Virus record (IMG/VR): IMGVR_UViG_2974616520_000001
Coordinates: 49,328-113,327 of that record
Direction: 5' to 3' (one strand)
Length of the DNA stretch: 64,000 bases
DNA from: a virus
Taxonomy: Duplodnaviria > Heunggongvirae > Uroviricota > Caudoviricetes > Ackermannviridae
The translations under genes and the position numbers were made by a program. Below the pieces are notes generated by a model that saw nothing but the letters and a program-made list of their open reading frames with translations, did no database searches and was not told where the DNA came from. Position 1 is the first letter of the stretch, and each line of letters begins with the position of its first letter. Shown piece after piece: positions 45,139 through 54,563 of the stretch.

Positions 45139-46020
45139 TTAGAAGCGGATAAACTCAGTCACGCCATGGAGGCCCAGCGCTGACAGATCACCTTCAACCT
45201 GGCTCATATCAGAAGGTTCCAGTTCCATGTTAAACGCCAGCCACTGCCCGGTCAGGCCGTTGTCAGCTGTTGCATGTTTGAATTCAACCACCATCATGGC
45301 ACTGTTGAGTTGAGTGTTCTCGTCTACAGTTTCAAAGGCAGTATCGACCACGACAGCATTATCCCAAAGCTCCTGGAAATATTCTTCAGTGCCATAGAGG
45401 ACGCCGCCGATACTTGCTGGGGTTTCTTGCTTACCGTCGATGACAATCATACCGAAGTCCCAACCTTTACCTGCCAGGATGTCACTGAAGTCTGGCTCCT
45501 GGAAGGTTGCCATATTCTTCAGGAACTTACCGGCTGGATACTTCTTACTACCGATTTGGACATCACGAGTGACTTTAATGCAAACCAGCGGGAATTCGCC
45601 TTCAATACGCAGATCTTTTTGATCAAATCCAAGATCATAGTAGTAATTGAGAGCCGGTTCCACAGAATCCACATCAGGAATGAACTTGGTGCGGTTTGAG
45701 CGATCCACGATAGAGAGCACCTGGTCACCATTGAAGCCAGCGATATGGCCCATGCCGTCATTGACTGTGGTCACGTCACCCTGAGCGTCCAGGATCTCTT
45801 TCATGTTCACGCCAACAGCATGCTCTGGTGGCTCAGCTGTGATATCCCATTGCCAGAAGATCTTGGAGCCGGGGTAGGCCGCTTCCATGAGTTCGATCGC
45901 TTCTTCCAACACCAGCTCAGCTTGCTTACGGATTGCAGGAACATTCGGATTCAAGATGTCGCCCTTTGGGTTACCAAAGGCTTCGTTCAGTTCAGATACT
46001 TTCTGGAAGGTAGTTTTCAT
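45139..46020 (-). CDS. protein with N-terminal MazG-like all-alpha NTP pyrophosphohydrolase domain (293 aa)
   Basis: N-terminus ELNEAFG...RKQAELVLEEAIELMEA (EExxE-type helix) plus second acidic helix; C-terminal ~180 aa unknown. Confidence 0.4.
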   Translation of the reverse strand: MKTTFQKVSELNEAFGNPKGDILNPNVPAIRKQAELVLEEAIELMEAAYPGSKIFWQWDITAEPPEHAVGVNMKEILDAQGDVTTVNDGMGHIAGFNGDQVLSIVDRSNRTKFIPDVDSVEPALNYYYDLGFDQKDLRIEGEFPLVCIKVTRDVQIGSKKYPAGKFLKNMATFQEPDFSDILAGKGWDFGMIVIDGKQETPASIGGVLYGTEEYFQELWDNAVVVDTAFETVDENTQLNSAMMVVEFKHATADNGLTGQWLAFNMELEPSDMSQVEGDLSALGLHGVTEFIRF

Positions 46021-46023
46021 TGT

Positions 46024-46449
46024 TTAGTCTTTCCTGTTCAAATCAGTTCGTTTACGTTTATGTTGCATACGGTACTTGGGGACGAGCTTCCACTTACTGA
46101 CATCGCCGTGCTTCACCACTTTGATATGGTTCATACCAGCAAAGTCAGTCATCTGCTCAGGGTGCTTGATTGTATACAGCCCCCAATCAGCCAGCAGGCG
46201 AATGATCTGGTTCATGCGGAGGATGTCCTCACGATAGAACCCATTGATCTTGCCGTCCAGCATGAACAGATGCTTAAAGTGGACGATGTAATAGCGCCCA
46301 GCCTTATGCAGAATATGACACGTCTGGTAGAGCGTCCGATCTTCTGGATCTTCATCCTTGCGGATATGGATCCCGATACGGCTCAGGGTCTCAAGCGTGC
46401 TGAGGAATGGGTCGCGAGACTTACCCTCAGCCAGCTCAACTTCAACCAT
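46024..46449 (-). CDS. regA: translational repressor RegA
   Basis: alignable to T4 RegA: MVEVELAEG/MIEITLKKP, TLYQTCHILHKAGRYYIVHFKHLFMLDGK / VLYQSCHILQKKGLYYIVHFKEMLRMDGR, WKLVPKY; ATG 46449. Confidence 0.8.
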   Translation of the reverse strand: MVEVELAEGKSRDPFLSTLETLSRIGIHIRKDEDPEDRTLYQTCHILHKAGRYYIVHFKHLFMLDGKINGFYREDILRMNQIIRLLADWGLYTIKHPEQMTDFAGMNHIKVVKHGDVSKWKLVPKYRMQHKRKRTDLNRKD

Positions 46450-46555
46450 ACAATCAATAATGCTTTGCTCGTCACCAACTGCGGCAACTTTTAGAATATC
46501 GAGCGTGTTACGCGGCGATGACATGGGGAGAACTCCGTTATAGCATATAATGATG

Positions 46556-46993
46556 TTACTTAGCTTTGCGGCCTTTCACTTCATTATTATTCTGGTTTGC
46601 GACGGCGGTTCTCAACTGCTCCATTTGTTCGTCGGTGAAGATCTGAAGATACTCAGCAGCCTTCTCGTGGTTGATCTGATAGAAATCACTGATCAACAAG
46701 ATATCCGGGTCGGCAGCTGACTTCTTCGCCCACTTACCATAACGCTTGCGCGGCGCTATCGATTGCAGAGCATAGTTCCACTGTAACCAATCATCAACCG
46801 GGTGTAACAGGTTCATCTGCTCCGCACACACAATGGTGTCCATGTTCTGGGCCAGAGCACGGCGGGTCATGAACGGGTCGAATGCTTTCTTGACCTCAGG
46901 ATCGTCCGTTGCCAACAGGTTGTTCTTTACGCCATTGACAGCATCAGAACCGGTCAGGGCATTCGCGAAATCAAATAGTCCTGGACCGGCCAT
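46556..46993 (-). CDS. clamp-loader small subunit (gp62-like) by position
   Basis: 145 aa between gp44-like and regA as in T4 (44-62-regA); ATGA-type close spacing with gp44 gene. Confidence 0.45.
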   Translation of the reverse strand: MAGPGLFDFANALTGSDAVNGVKNNLLATDDPEVKKAFDPFMTRRALAQNMDTIVCAEQMNLLHPVDDWLQWNYALQSIAPRKRYGKWAKKSAADPDILLISDFYQINHEKAAEYLQIFTDEQMEQLRTAVANQNNNEVKGRKAK

Positions 46994-46996
46994 GGG

Positions 46997-47986
46997 TTAT
47001 CTCCACTTCACAGTTGACATGATATCGGTCAGGAAGTAGACGGCATGAAGCCACACGTCACCCACCTGGCGATGATGAATCTGGGCCTGACCGCAAATGG
47101 CTACCAGGTCTGGGATAGACTGGCTTTCAATCAGCGGTGTCTTGTCCTTTGACTGAGGCACACAGAACTGGAAGAATCGGGTATAGAAATCTTCGTTGAT
47201 GTCGTTCTGGTTGTCAGTAACCCACTGCTTCATCTCAGGCCAGGTCTGCTTAGACTTCAAGGACTCGACCAGCGTTGACATGTCAACAGACTTCATAGCA
47301 GCCAGCGCACGTTCATCGATGGCCTTGTACTTCACAGCAGCCTTCTGGAACTCACCCATGATCTTGCGGTTGTCAGGGAAGTGCTTTTGCACAATCGCTG
47401 CGATCACGGCGTTTTCAAACGGGATGTTCTCAGCAGTCAGTACCTGAGCACAACGCTGCATCATACGCACTTTGACCTGGTCGGCTTCTTCTTTAGTCCA
47501 GATGAAGTCGATCTCACGGCAACGAGAGCGCAGAGGCTCGTTCACACGCATTTTGGCATTGGTGGTGAGGATAAAGGCGCAGTTGGCTGACACACGCTCT
47601 ACGATGCCTTTCAGGGACTCTTGCGCCGCTGCACTCAGACGCTCAACCTCATCCAGGATCACAACTTTAGTGCCCCCAAATACGGAAACGCCGGTAGCGT
47701 ACTGAAGAACGTGTTCACGGATGGTATCGATAGAGTTGTTCAGCGAGGCGTTGATGAACAGAGGCTTCTTACAGCCAATTTCATTACAGACCGCAAATGC
47801 TGTGGTAGTTTTGCCAGTGCCGGGGCCGGGGCTGTAGAACAGGAATGACGGGATCTTACCTTTACCTTCGTCAATGTAGTTATGTAACATCAACTTGATA
47901 TCGTTTGGGAGGATGATTTCATCCAGGTTGTCCGGACGATACTTCTGGTCCCAGCCGAATTCTTTCAGGTTTACTGTAAGTGACAT
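46997..47986 (-). CDS. clamp-loader AAA+ subunit (gp44/RFC-like)
   Basis: ATG 47986 (AGAGG RBS); Walker A PGPGTGKTT, Walker B ILDEVE, SRC motif (SRC). Confidence 0.85.
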   Translation of the reverse strand: MSLTVNLKEFGWDQKYRPDNLDEIILPNDIKLMLHNYIDEGKGKIPSFLFYSPGPGTGKTTTAFAVCNEIGCKKPLFINASLNNSIDTIREHVLQYATGVSVFGGTKVVILDEVERLSAAAQESLKGIVERVSANCAFILTTNAKMRVNEPLRSRCREIDFIWTKEEADQVKVRMMQRCAQVLTAENIPFENAVIAAIVQKHFPDNRKIMGEFQKAAVKYKAIDERALAAMKSVDMSTLVESLKSKQTWPEMKQWVTDNQNDINEDFYTRFFQFCVPQSKDKTPLIESQSIPDLVAICGQAQIHHRQVGDVWLHAVYFLTDIMSTVKWR

Positions 47987-48068
47987 GTTGTGCCTCTGTA
48001 GTTCAGTGTGTAGAAGGAGCAATTCAAAGCGGGGCATTATACCCCGCACAATCAATAGAGGCTAACGG

Positions 48069-48734
48069 TCACTCTAACTGCAGGCCAACAAAATACTTCA
48101 GGCTGGCATCAGACGATTCAAAGCTGGCTACCTGCATTTCTTCACACGCCTTGATGATATAGCCGCTGCTCATCATCTTCAGGTTAGACACGTCCAGTGG
48201 GAATGAGCAGTCGCCCAGAGTGGTTTCGCCCAGCTCAACGACATAATCGTTTGAGTTTTCCAGCTCGGCAGTAGTGCCGGTCAGGTAGGTTTTGCCGTTT
48301 TTGTTGACCAGCTTAGCGGTTTTGTGAGACAGCACGTTACACACACGGATGAATTCATCCAGGGTATCGGCAGTCACTTCGGCCTGGAAGTTCACATCAT
48401 CAAGGATCAGATCTTCCGGTGGCGGCGCAGTCAGCTCTTTGGCAGAAGCCCAGAATGCCAGTTCAACTTTATCGCCGTTGAGGGTGATCTTTTTGTCGGT
48501 AAATTCCAGCTTACACTCTTTGAAGCTTTTCAGCTTCAGGATTGCCAGCAGTTTGGTGATGTCCAGCACAGGGAATTCGGACGGGAAGTCTTCTTCGATA
48601 TCTGCCATCGCAATTACGGTAGCAGAGTCGCTCACAACGCGCAGCTTTTTACCCGGTTGTAATACGATTGAAGGACAGACGCCTGAGAAGTTCTGAAGGA
48701 TACTGAGGGTGCGCGGTGTTAACGTAATAGACAT
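48069..48734 (-). CDS. sliding clamp (gp45-like)
   Basis: 221 aa, size and position of T4 gp45 upstream of gp44; acidic. Confidence 0.7.
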   Translation of the reverse strand: MSITLTPRTLSILQNFSGVCPSIVLQPGKKLRVVSDSATVIAMADIEEDFPSEFPVLDITKLLAILKLKSFKECKLEFTDKKITLNGDKVELAFWASAKELTAPPPEDLILDDVNFQAEVTADTLDEFIRVCNVLSHKTAKLVNKNGKTYLTGTTAELENSNDYVVELGETTLGDCSFPLDVSNLKMMSSGYIIKACEEMQVASFESSDASLKYFVGLQLE

Positions 48735-48825
48735 AATGTCGTTCCTATAGAGGGTTCAAGTCAAAGCAGTCGTTGGTGACTGACAGGAGCTAATATTACC
48801 CGTTCTTGTGTATTGAAGCAAAACT

Positions 48826-48832
48826 TATTTAG
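48826..48832 (-). promoter_or_regulatory. late-promoter variant CTAAATA upstream of gp45
   Basis: minus-strand CCTCCTAAATAAG ~90 nt upstream of gp45 ATG; same CTAAATA core as upstream of gp22 and gp23. Confidence 0.4.
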
Positions 48833-48860
48833 GAGGATTCTAAATCGGGAAGGGGGTGTT

Positions 48861-48948
48861 CTCGCGCGGTCTATTATTAAACTAGAATAATATTAAATTA
48901 AGCTTAAATTAAGTTCTTATTAATATTTATCACTCGCTACGCTCGGAT
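48861..48948 (-). repeat. copy B (inverted) of three-block intergenic element
   Basis: reverse complement carries ATCCGAGCGTAGCGAGTGATAA (48927-48948), TAATAAGAAC (48913-48922), ACCGCGCGAG (48861-48870) in same order as copy A. Confidence 0.8.
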
Positions 48949-49106
48949 GATTAATATTCTCGTTATGTCGCTGACGCTCCACAACTCGAATATAGCGTGC
49001 CGCCCGATCATTGACCTAATGATTTTTAATCCGGGTTTAAAATAGTGTTCATAAACATCATCCAGGGTATATTTTCTTTAATTTAACCCCTAATAGGATA
49101 CATGTT

Positions 49107-49556
49107 ATGAAGTATGAACACCGTGAACACTTTTCATTAATAGCAGTGACTGACACCAAATTTGAGAAGCCGCGCTTCCTTATTAACTTAAACCCTTCTG
49201 TGTTCACACCGAACGAATTGATGAGCAATGGGATCATCGTTCGCAATGAACTAAAGAAACTGGTTGCCGCAGCTGCTTCCAATGGCTTGTCAGTACCGGC
49301 TGGTCTGAACATCGCTGTCCTCAATCTACGTGATGGGAAAGTTCGTTACTACCCGTTCAACATGAACATGGACGTGAAGATCTTCCGTGAGTATCATCAG
49401 GAGATCCAGAGTAAGATGGAAGCATTCTTCGGTATGGACACAGCACCTGAACCGATGTATGTCGATATTGGGCAGCTGACTCCAGAACAGGCACAGACCT
49501 ATGCCGAAGCCAGCATAGGTTACATGGAAGCCAGCCGCGCCTATGTCAAGCAGTAA
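49107..49556 (+). CDS. hypothetical protein (149 aa), divergent from gp45
   Basis: ATG 49107; occupies rpbA-like position next to gp45 but on opposite strand; no motif recognised. Confidence 0.45.
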   Translation: MKYEHREHFSLIAVTDTKFEKPRFLINLNPSVFTPNELMSNGIIVRNELKKLVAAAASNGLSVPAGLNIAVLNLRDGKVRYYPFNMNMDVKIFREYHQEIQSKMEAFFGMDTAPEPMYVDIGQLTPEQAQTYAEASIGYMEASRAYVKQ

Positions 49557-51059
49557 TCATAACTGAATTGTGCTTCGCTTGATCGGATGACGTTCTTCAG
49601 TATAGAACCGATACCGTTCAAGCGAATGCCTCAGTGAGTGGTTCCAGTAATCAGGCTTCCTCAGATCGTCTACCACGTCCCAGATCTTAGAAGGCGTCCC
49701 CACCTTAGTTGAGTGTAAACGCATCAGGCGGCCCAGAGTCTGCAGCACCCTGACAAATGATTTTGATGGGTGAGCCAGTACCAGGTTGTGTAGCTTGTTG
49801 ATACTCACCCCCTGCTGCATCGTGCCGTATGAAGCCAACAGAGTGATATCATCACCGCGCTCCATAGCAGCCTGAATCTCAGCACGAACCTTTGCAGGCA
49901 CCTCGCCATTGATCACAAACACGTTCTGCTTGTACTTGATCAGCTCCTCGTAGATTACCATCATGTGGGCATCAATACGGGCGAACATAATCGCTGTATT
50001 CCCTTTCAGGTATTTGGCCATCGTGAGGATAACTTCATTACGCGCCTTGTGAGATATCAGGAATTCAATCTCGTCACTATAATCGCCCGTCAGCAGGCCG
50101 CGCTCAGGGATAGGATAGACCAGCTGTACCATCTCAACCTCGATGTCTGCTGCATACCCCTTCTCAATGAGTTCGCGGGCGCTGATGATCTCATGTACCC
50201 GGCCAAAGTGGCTCTTGACACGCATGATGTCTGTTGGGTTGTTACCCAGGGTGCCGGTCAGGCCAACGCGGTGATCACAATAGATGCAGTTGTTAAGGAT
50301 GTAGGACAGCTTGTCGGCTTTGGAGGTATGCACCTCATCGACCACCACATCACCAAACTGATGGAAGAATTCCTTGGGCATGTTCTGGATACCCTGCCAG
50401 GTACTGATCACGATGTTCTTGTTCGTGAACTTATCAGCGTCACCAAAGACCATGTGGACTTCGGCATCACTGTTGAATTTGTTGATCTGGCTGTACTCTT
50501 CAAAGTTCGCTTTCAGCTGCGTAACCAGGTGAACTGATGGCACCACGATAAGCGTCTTCAGAGTGCTTTCGAGCGCCTGACGTCGCATCCTGTAGTACCG
50601 CGCCAGAATGTACAAGATAAGGCTCTTACCGGCACTGGTGGCCGCTCTGAGTACACATCGAGTATCCCTGACGCCGTGCATGACAGATTCAAACTGATAG
50701 TCACGACATTCGGCTGGGACGTAGTCGCCATCTTCTGTCTTGCGTGACAGCTTGAGTCCATCAACAAACTCCCTGATTTCTTCTTCAGGGGCGTCGTTCA
50801 TGTACTTGAGTGCAGGGTCTAGTTCGATGGTGTACTTGTGCTTCTTGGCAAACTGGAAGACTTCGTAGAGCAGCCCGATGTCGATCATCCCATTTGACTT
50901 ATGGTAGAATCGAATCAGGCCGTCATATTTGCTGTAGCCGTTGGGCGTGAAGTTGGGGTCTGGCATTTTGAAGTGGTCATACAGCTCAGCCTCGATAGAA
51001 GGCTCAGCAACCACGCGCATCCGGACTTCGCTTACTTTTTGAAGAGTGATGTTAGCCAT
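49557..51059 (-). CDS. uvsW: UvsW-like SF2 DNA helicase
   Basis: 500 aa (T4 UvsW 502 aa); Walker A ATSAGKS, DEVH box, helicase C motifs (QTLGRLMR). Confidence 0.8.
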   Translation of the reverse strand: MANITLQKVSEVRMRVVAEPSIEAELYDHFKMPDPNFTPNGYSKYDGLIRFYHKSNGMIDIGLLYEVFQFAKKHKYTIELDPALKYMNDAPEEEIREFVDGLKLSRKTEDGDYVPAECRDYQFESVMHGVRDTRCVLRAATSAGKSLILYILARYYRMRRQALESTLKTLIVVPSVHLVTQLKANFEEYSQINKFNSDAEVHMVFGDADKFTNKNIVISTWQGIQNMPKEFFHQFGDVVVDEVHTSKADKLSYILNNCIYCDHRVGLTGTLGNNPTDIMRVKSHFGRVHEIISARELIEKGYAADIEVEMVQLVYPIPERGLLTGDYSDEIEFLISHKARNEVILTMAKYLKGNTAIMFARIDAHMMVIYEELIKYKQNVFVINGEVPAKVRAEIQAAMERGDDITLLASYGTMQQGVSINKLHNLVLAHPSKSFVRVLQTLGRLMRLHSTKVGTPSKIWDVVDDLRKPDYWNHSLRHSLERYRFYTEERHPIKRSTIQL

Positions 51060-51086
51060 AATAAACCCCTGTTTAGACAGAAGTAT

Positions 51087-51833
51087 TTAGGCGGCGTTTA
51101 CCCAGTCACCACCACGTTCGGCATCCATTTTCCGGTACAGCTTAACGCGCTCAATCGCCTTCTCAGCAACGTCATTGCGATTGAACTCAATCACTGTGGC
51201 TACAGGTGAGCGCTCATTAGAGATCACGTTAATGAGGGTGTCAATGCGCTTACCGAACATCTCCTCAAACATGAATGAGTACAGGCACAACTGGATGCTG
51301 TAGTCCTCAATCATACCCCGCGTCTTATTGAGGTTGGAAGTTTTAAAGTCCAGGATGCATGCCTTCCCGTTGTAGACGCCGACAAAGTCAACACGGCCAG
51401 CAAGGCCAAGCGTTTCACTATAGAGTGGGATTTCTTGAGCATAAACTTTCGTTACCTTGTTCAGATGTGGATGCAGTTGTTTGTACATGAAGAAGTAGTT
51501 GCCTGCAGCAGCTCTGACCTTCTCCATTGGTGCGTTTCCCAGGTACAGTTCACAAGCCAGGTGAACCGCTTCGCCTCTATCGGCACAACGCTGAGTTTCG
51601 GCATCAGCTGCAGCTGCTCCAAGGCGCTCACGCCATTCATCCAGCCAACCATGGTCAGAGCTGCGGCCCAGCATTGTAGTGACAGAGGTCAGCTTCTTTC
51701 CATTGGGGGAGATGTAGTGGCGACCATTCTCAGTCGTCACACACTCAAGTTCCTTATAGGGAAGTTTGTACTGCTCGAACGTATGGGTGCGCTCAAGCAG
51801 TCGGGTTTGCTGACGTAAGGAACCCAGATCCAT
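51087..51833 (-). CDS. PD-(D/E)xK exonuclease-like protein (Cas4/RecB-nuclease fold)
   Basis: 248 aa; GRVDFVGV ... ILDFKTS (D ... D/E-x-K) arrangement. Confidence 0.45.
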   Translation of the reverse strand: MDLGSLRQQTRLLERTHTFEQYKLPYKELECVTTENGRHYISPNGKKLTSVTTMLGRSSDHGWLDEWRERLGAAAADAETQRCADRGEAVHLACELYLGNAPMEKVRAAAGNYFFMYKQLHPHLNKVTKVYAQEIPLYSETLGLAGRVDFVGVYNGKACILDFKTSNLNKTRGMIEDYSIQLCLYSFMFEEMFGKRIDTLINVISNERSPVATVIEFNRNDVAEKAIERVKLYRKMDAERGGDWVNAA

Positions 51834-52045
51834 CAGAACTTCTTCCGGCTCATCATCTGGCGGCGGGCGACAGGGTTAGCTGTGGCAGCTGCTCGTTTGA
51901 ACCACATGCGTTGTTTCAGGCTCATCGTGTCATGTTTAACTGGCATTTCTGTTCCTCCAGGATCTTCTTCAGGTGTTGTTTACGGGCGGCGGGCGTATCA
52001 CCCTCCACACGGATGTCTTTGCCTTTGTCACCACGCTCCAGGCGC

Positions 52046-52528
52046 TTAACCGCCATCCATATATTTACGCCATTCGATTGCATTCTTCACCTCATAGCCC
52101 ATAGAACGAATGCGGTCAAAGCAGCTTTCCAGGTACTTGACCTTGCGCTTCTGCTCTTCTACCAGGGCACTGATCTCTAACACCACGTCATCGGCCTTCA
52201 GCCAGAGCTCGACCTCTGTTTTCAGTATCGGGCGCTGCAGGGGTTCTCTCTGGTAAAATGCTGCCGGAAGCTGACCTAAATAATACAGACGACGCTGAAC
52301 CTCAACCTGGTTGCGCTTGGCTGTGAACTTCTCAAGCCCGCGCCCCTCGTTCAGATAGAACTTCTGCGCCTGACTGAATGCTCGACCACAACGCAGTGAG
52401 ATCTGGTCCAGGTTCTTGTCGTATGGATCGATAGCAAAGTAGCGGTCCATCACTTCCATGATGTATTCAATCGGTATAACCTTTACCCCAGCAATTTCTT
52501 GCAGTGGGATCTCTTCGTTGTCTGCCAT
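52046..52528 (-). CDS. uvsY: recombination mediator UvsY
   Basis: ATG 52528; C-terminus SMGYEVKNAIEWRKYMDGG parallels T4 UvsY SRGFAIKHIQDMRAFEAGK; adjacent to uvsW. Confidence 0.65.
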   Translation of the reverse strand: MADNEEIPLQEIAGVKVIPIEYIMEVMDRYFAIDPYDKNLDQISLRCGRAFSQAQKFYLNEGRGLEKFTAKRNQVEVQRRLYYLGQLPAAFYQREPLQRPILKTEVELWLKADDVVLEISALVEEQKRKVKYLESCFDRIRSMGYEVKNAIEWRKYMDGG

Positions 52529-52571
52529 ATAGAATGATCTCAAATCAATAGGTGACTAATTAAAACCAGCT

Positions 52572-53066
52572 TCACTTGCTACGTTGTGGGATCATGTCCT
52601 GATACTTGATCGTTACCGTGCTTACAAGACGGACGACCTCGTGGTCAGCATCCAACAGAACGTTATCAAGAGCAGTCGGGCGTGCTTCTGTAAGCACTAT
52701 TTTAAACCCAGTTGGTCTATTGACGCTGTTTAAAAGTTCTATGATGATGTCTTCGGTTCTGGGTAGATCGGCCTCAGCATTACCCCGGATCCAGTCATAG
52801 ATGGTCTGCCAGTTTTCCCACTCTTCATCAATGGAGAATGTGAAGACAACTGGGTCAAAGGTAACGCGTTCAGAAGCGAATGAGGTCATGAGGGGGCCGG
52901 GGCCGGGGCCATCAATCCCTTCTGAATAAATACCCGGTACACTGAAATCATGAATTCTGCGAGACAATAGGACGAGATTCCCGATCATTAGTCTCCATTT
53001 ATCGGAACCTGCAAGATTGGGGTTCTCGTTTTTGAATTGAGCTTCAGTATTAGACATTTCAAACAC
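52572..53066 (-). CDS. hypothetical protein (164 aa) with GPGPGP linker
   Basis: ORF upstream of uvsY. Confidence 0.45.
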   Translation of the reverse strand: MFEMSNTEAQFKNENPNLAGSDKWRLMIGNLVLLSRRIHDFSVPGIYSEGIDGPGPGPLMTSFASERVTFDPVVFTFSIDEEWENWQTIYDWIRGNAEADLPRTEDIIIELLNSVNRPTGFKIVLTEARPTALDNVLLDADHEVVRLVSTVTIKYQDMIPQRSK

Positions 53067-53091
53067 CTTTCAATGTTGAGGAGATACCAAA

Positions 53092-53763
53092 GTGTCCCCG
53101 AAAAAGATTGCTTGGGTGCTGATTGTTCTGGCGTCACTGTTCGTGAGTGGGTGTCGCATTACTCTCACTCCCATTGTGAGTTTGTCCTCTTTGAAGGACG
53201 TGAGTATCAGGACTGCACCAGTTGTAATCACAGCAAACATGGGAACATGCAGCAAAGAGTTTTTAGAGAGTGTCGCCAATTTCTTCAAGGCCAGCTACAT
53301 CATTAGACCGGTGGCCTGTCGCAAGAAAGGTGAGGGGTACGAAGCATTATGGGAAACGGAAATACCCTTGCTGCGTACCGGGGACGAACAGAAAATCCCT
53401 CATGTTCCTGTGAGTATTTATTACTCCAAGAATCATACGGTGATCCTGACATTGAAAACAGACTTCTTGAATGATCTGTCGGACAAGCTGAATGAGAAGG
53501 GAATCACACTGAAGGACAATGAGATCTTTATCGCTTTCATTTTCAAGAACGATACAGAGCAGGCGGTTAATATCGCTGTTGAAAACGTTCTGGTCAATGG
53601 GATCCCAGTAGGCAGGGACATGGCGATCTTTAAGATCCGGCCTTCAGGCTCTGTAATGGTGAGACTGAGTGACCTGGGAGTCAATTCCTTGTTCCTCGGT
53701 GGTATTGAGGCAGCTGGCGTTTTCCCAGCGATTGAACCGAGAACAGACTCAGAACCAGAGTAA
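53092..53763 (+). CDS. lipoprotein (223 aa), plus-strand moron-like gene
   Basis: GTG start 53092 with GAGGAG RBS; signal peptide + lipobox LFVSGC; opposite strand to all neighbours. Confidence 0.5.
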   Translation: MSPKKIAWVLIVLASLFVSGCRITLTPIVSLSSLKDVSIRTAPVVITANMGTCSKEFLESVANFFKASYIIRPVACRKKGEGYEALWETEIPLLRTGDEQKIPHVPVSIYYSKNHTVILTLKTDFLNDLSDKLNEKGITLKDNEIFIAFIFKNDTEQAVNIAVENVLVNGIPVGRDMAIFKIRPSGSVMVRLSDLGVNSLFLGGIEAAGVFPAIEPRTDSEPE

Positions 53764-53794
53764 ACAAACCCCGCTCATGGCGGGGTTTCCTTTC

Positions 53795-54523
53795 TTAAGC
53801 GATCATGCTCTTGAGTGATGGGGAGGCCATCTTCTGAATTGCTCCAGCCACGCACGAGTCCTTCAGCCAGGTGCCGATCTCGCTGCTCATACAGAAGTTC
53901 ACACACTTGTTGGCAAGACCTTCCAGGTGCGCTAATTCAGCAGCAATCCCATCCGTGATATCCTGAACTACCTTGTTCACCACTGCGACAGCCTTGTCAA
54001 TCTCTGCTGCTACCTGAGCCGCCAGCGCCTGGATCTTTGCCAGCCCTGCGGCCACACCCTGAGAAGCCAGAGCATACAGGTCAGCGATTTTAGCATTCAC
54101 CACGCTCAGGGCCGACTCCATAGTAGCGAGCCACTTGGCACCAGTCTCCTGAACAATACGGAAGGCGTCATTGACTGTATCACAGGACGTGGGAGCGCGT
54201 CCAATGGCTGTCAGGCCGCTTGTGTATGCATTAACTGTGCTGACGCGGGAGAACGTCTCTGAGACTGTTGTCTGGCCATACCCGACCAGTGTGGTGACAC
54301 CGCCTGTAGCAGCAGTGAGCATACCTGTACCAGCAGTCAGTTTAGCCGGACTGAGGCCACCTGCTGTCATAGCAGCCTTGACTTGGGAGTCAGCAATGCC
54401 CGAGAGGGAAGTGATCCCTGTTTTGGCCCCGCTGATGAGATTGGTCGCACCTGATGATACAGAGTCCAGCGGATTGCTGAAGGCGTTGCCGGACTCGAAG
54501 AGATCGAATAATTCTGCGTTCAT
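53795..54523 (-). CDS. Ala/Gly/Thr-rich late protein (242 aa), possible virion or scaffolding-type protein
   Basis: ATG 54523 preceded by UAUUUUAUU, terminator hairpin and AATAAATA (late-promoter-like); low-complexity A/G/T-rich sequence. Confidence 0.5.
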   Translation of the reverse strand: MNAELFDLFESGNAFSNPLDSVSSGATNLISGAKTGITSLSGIADSQVKAAMTAGGLSPAKLTAGTGMLTAATGGVTTLVGYGQTTVSETFSRVSTVNAYTSGLTAIGRAPTSCDTVNDAFRIVQETGAKWLATMESALSVVNAKIADLYALASQGVAAGLAKIQALAAQVAAEIDKAVAVVNKVVQDITDGIAAELAHLEGLANKCVNFCMSSEIGTWLKDSCVAGAIQKMASPSLKSMIA

Positions 54524-54532
54524 AATAAAATA

Positions 54533-54555
54533 CCCCTGACGGATTGCATCAGGGG
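54533..54555 (-). terminator. terminator hairpin immediately 5' of ATG 54523
   Basis: CCCCTGA-cggattgca-TCAGGGG, followed on minus strand by UAUUUUAUU-AUG; same layout as endolysin leader. Confidence 0.55.
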
Positions 54556-54563
54556 TATTTATT
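54556..54563 (-). promoter_or_regulatory. late-promoter-like AATAAATA abutting hairpin
   Basis: minus-strand AATAAATA directly 5' of hairpin. Confidence 0.35.

Noticed and set aside
48745-48770. GGGTTCAAGTC resembling a tRNA T-loop
   Set aside because: No complementary T-stem, acceptor stem or anticodon arm could be built on either strand; no tRNA called anywhere in the window.
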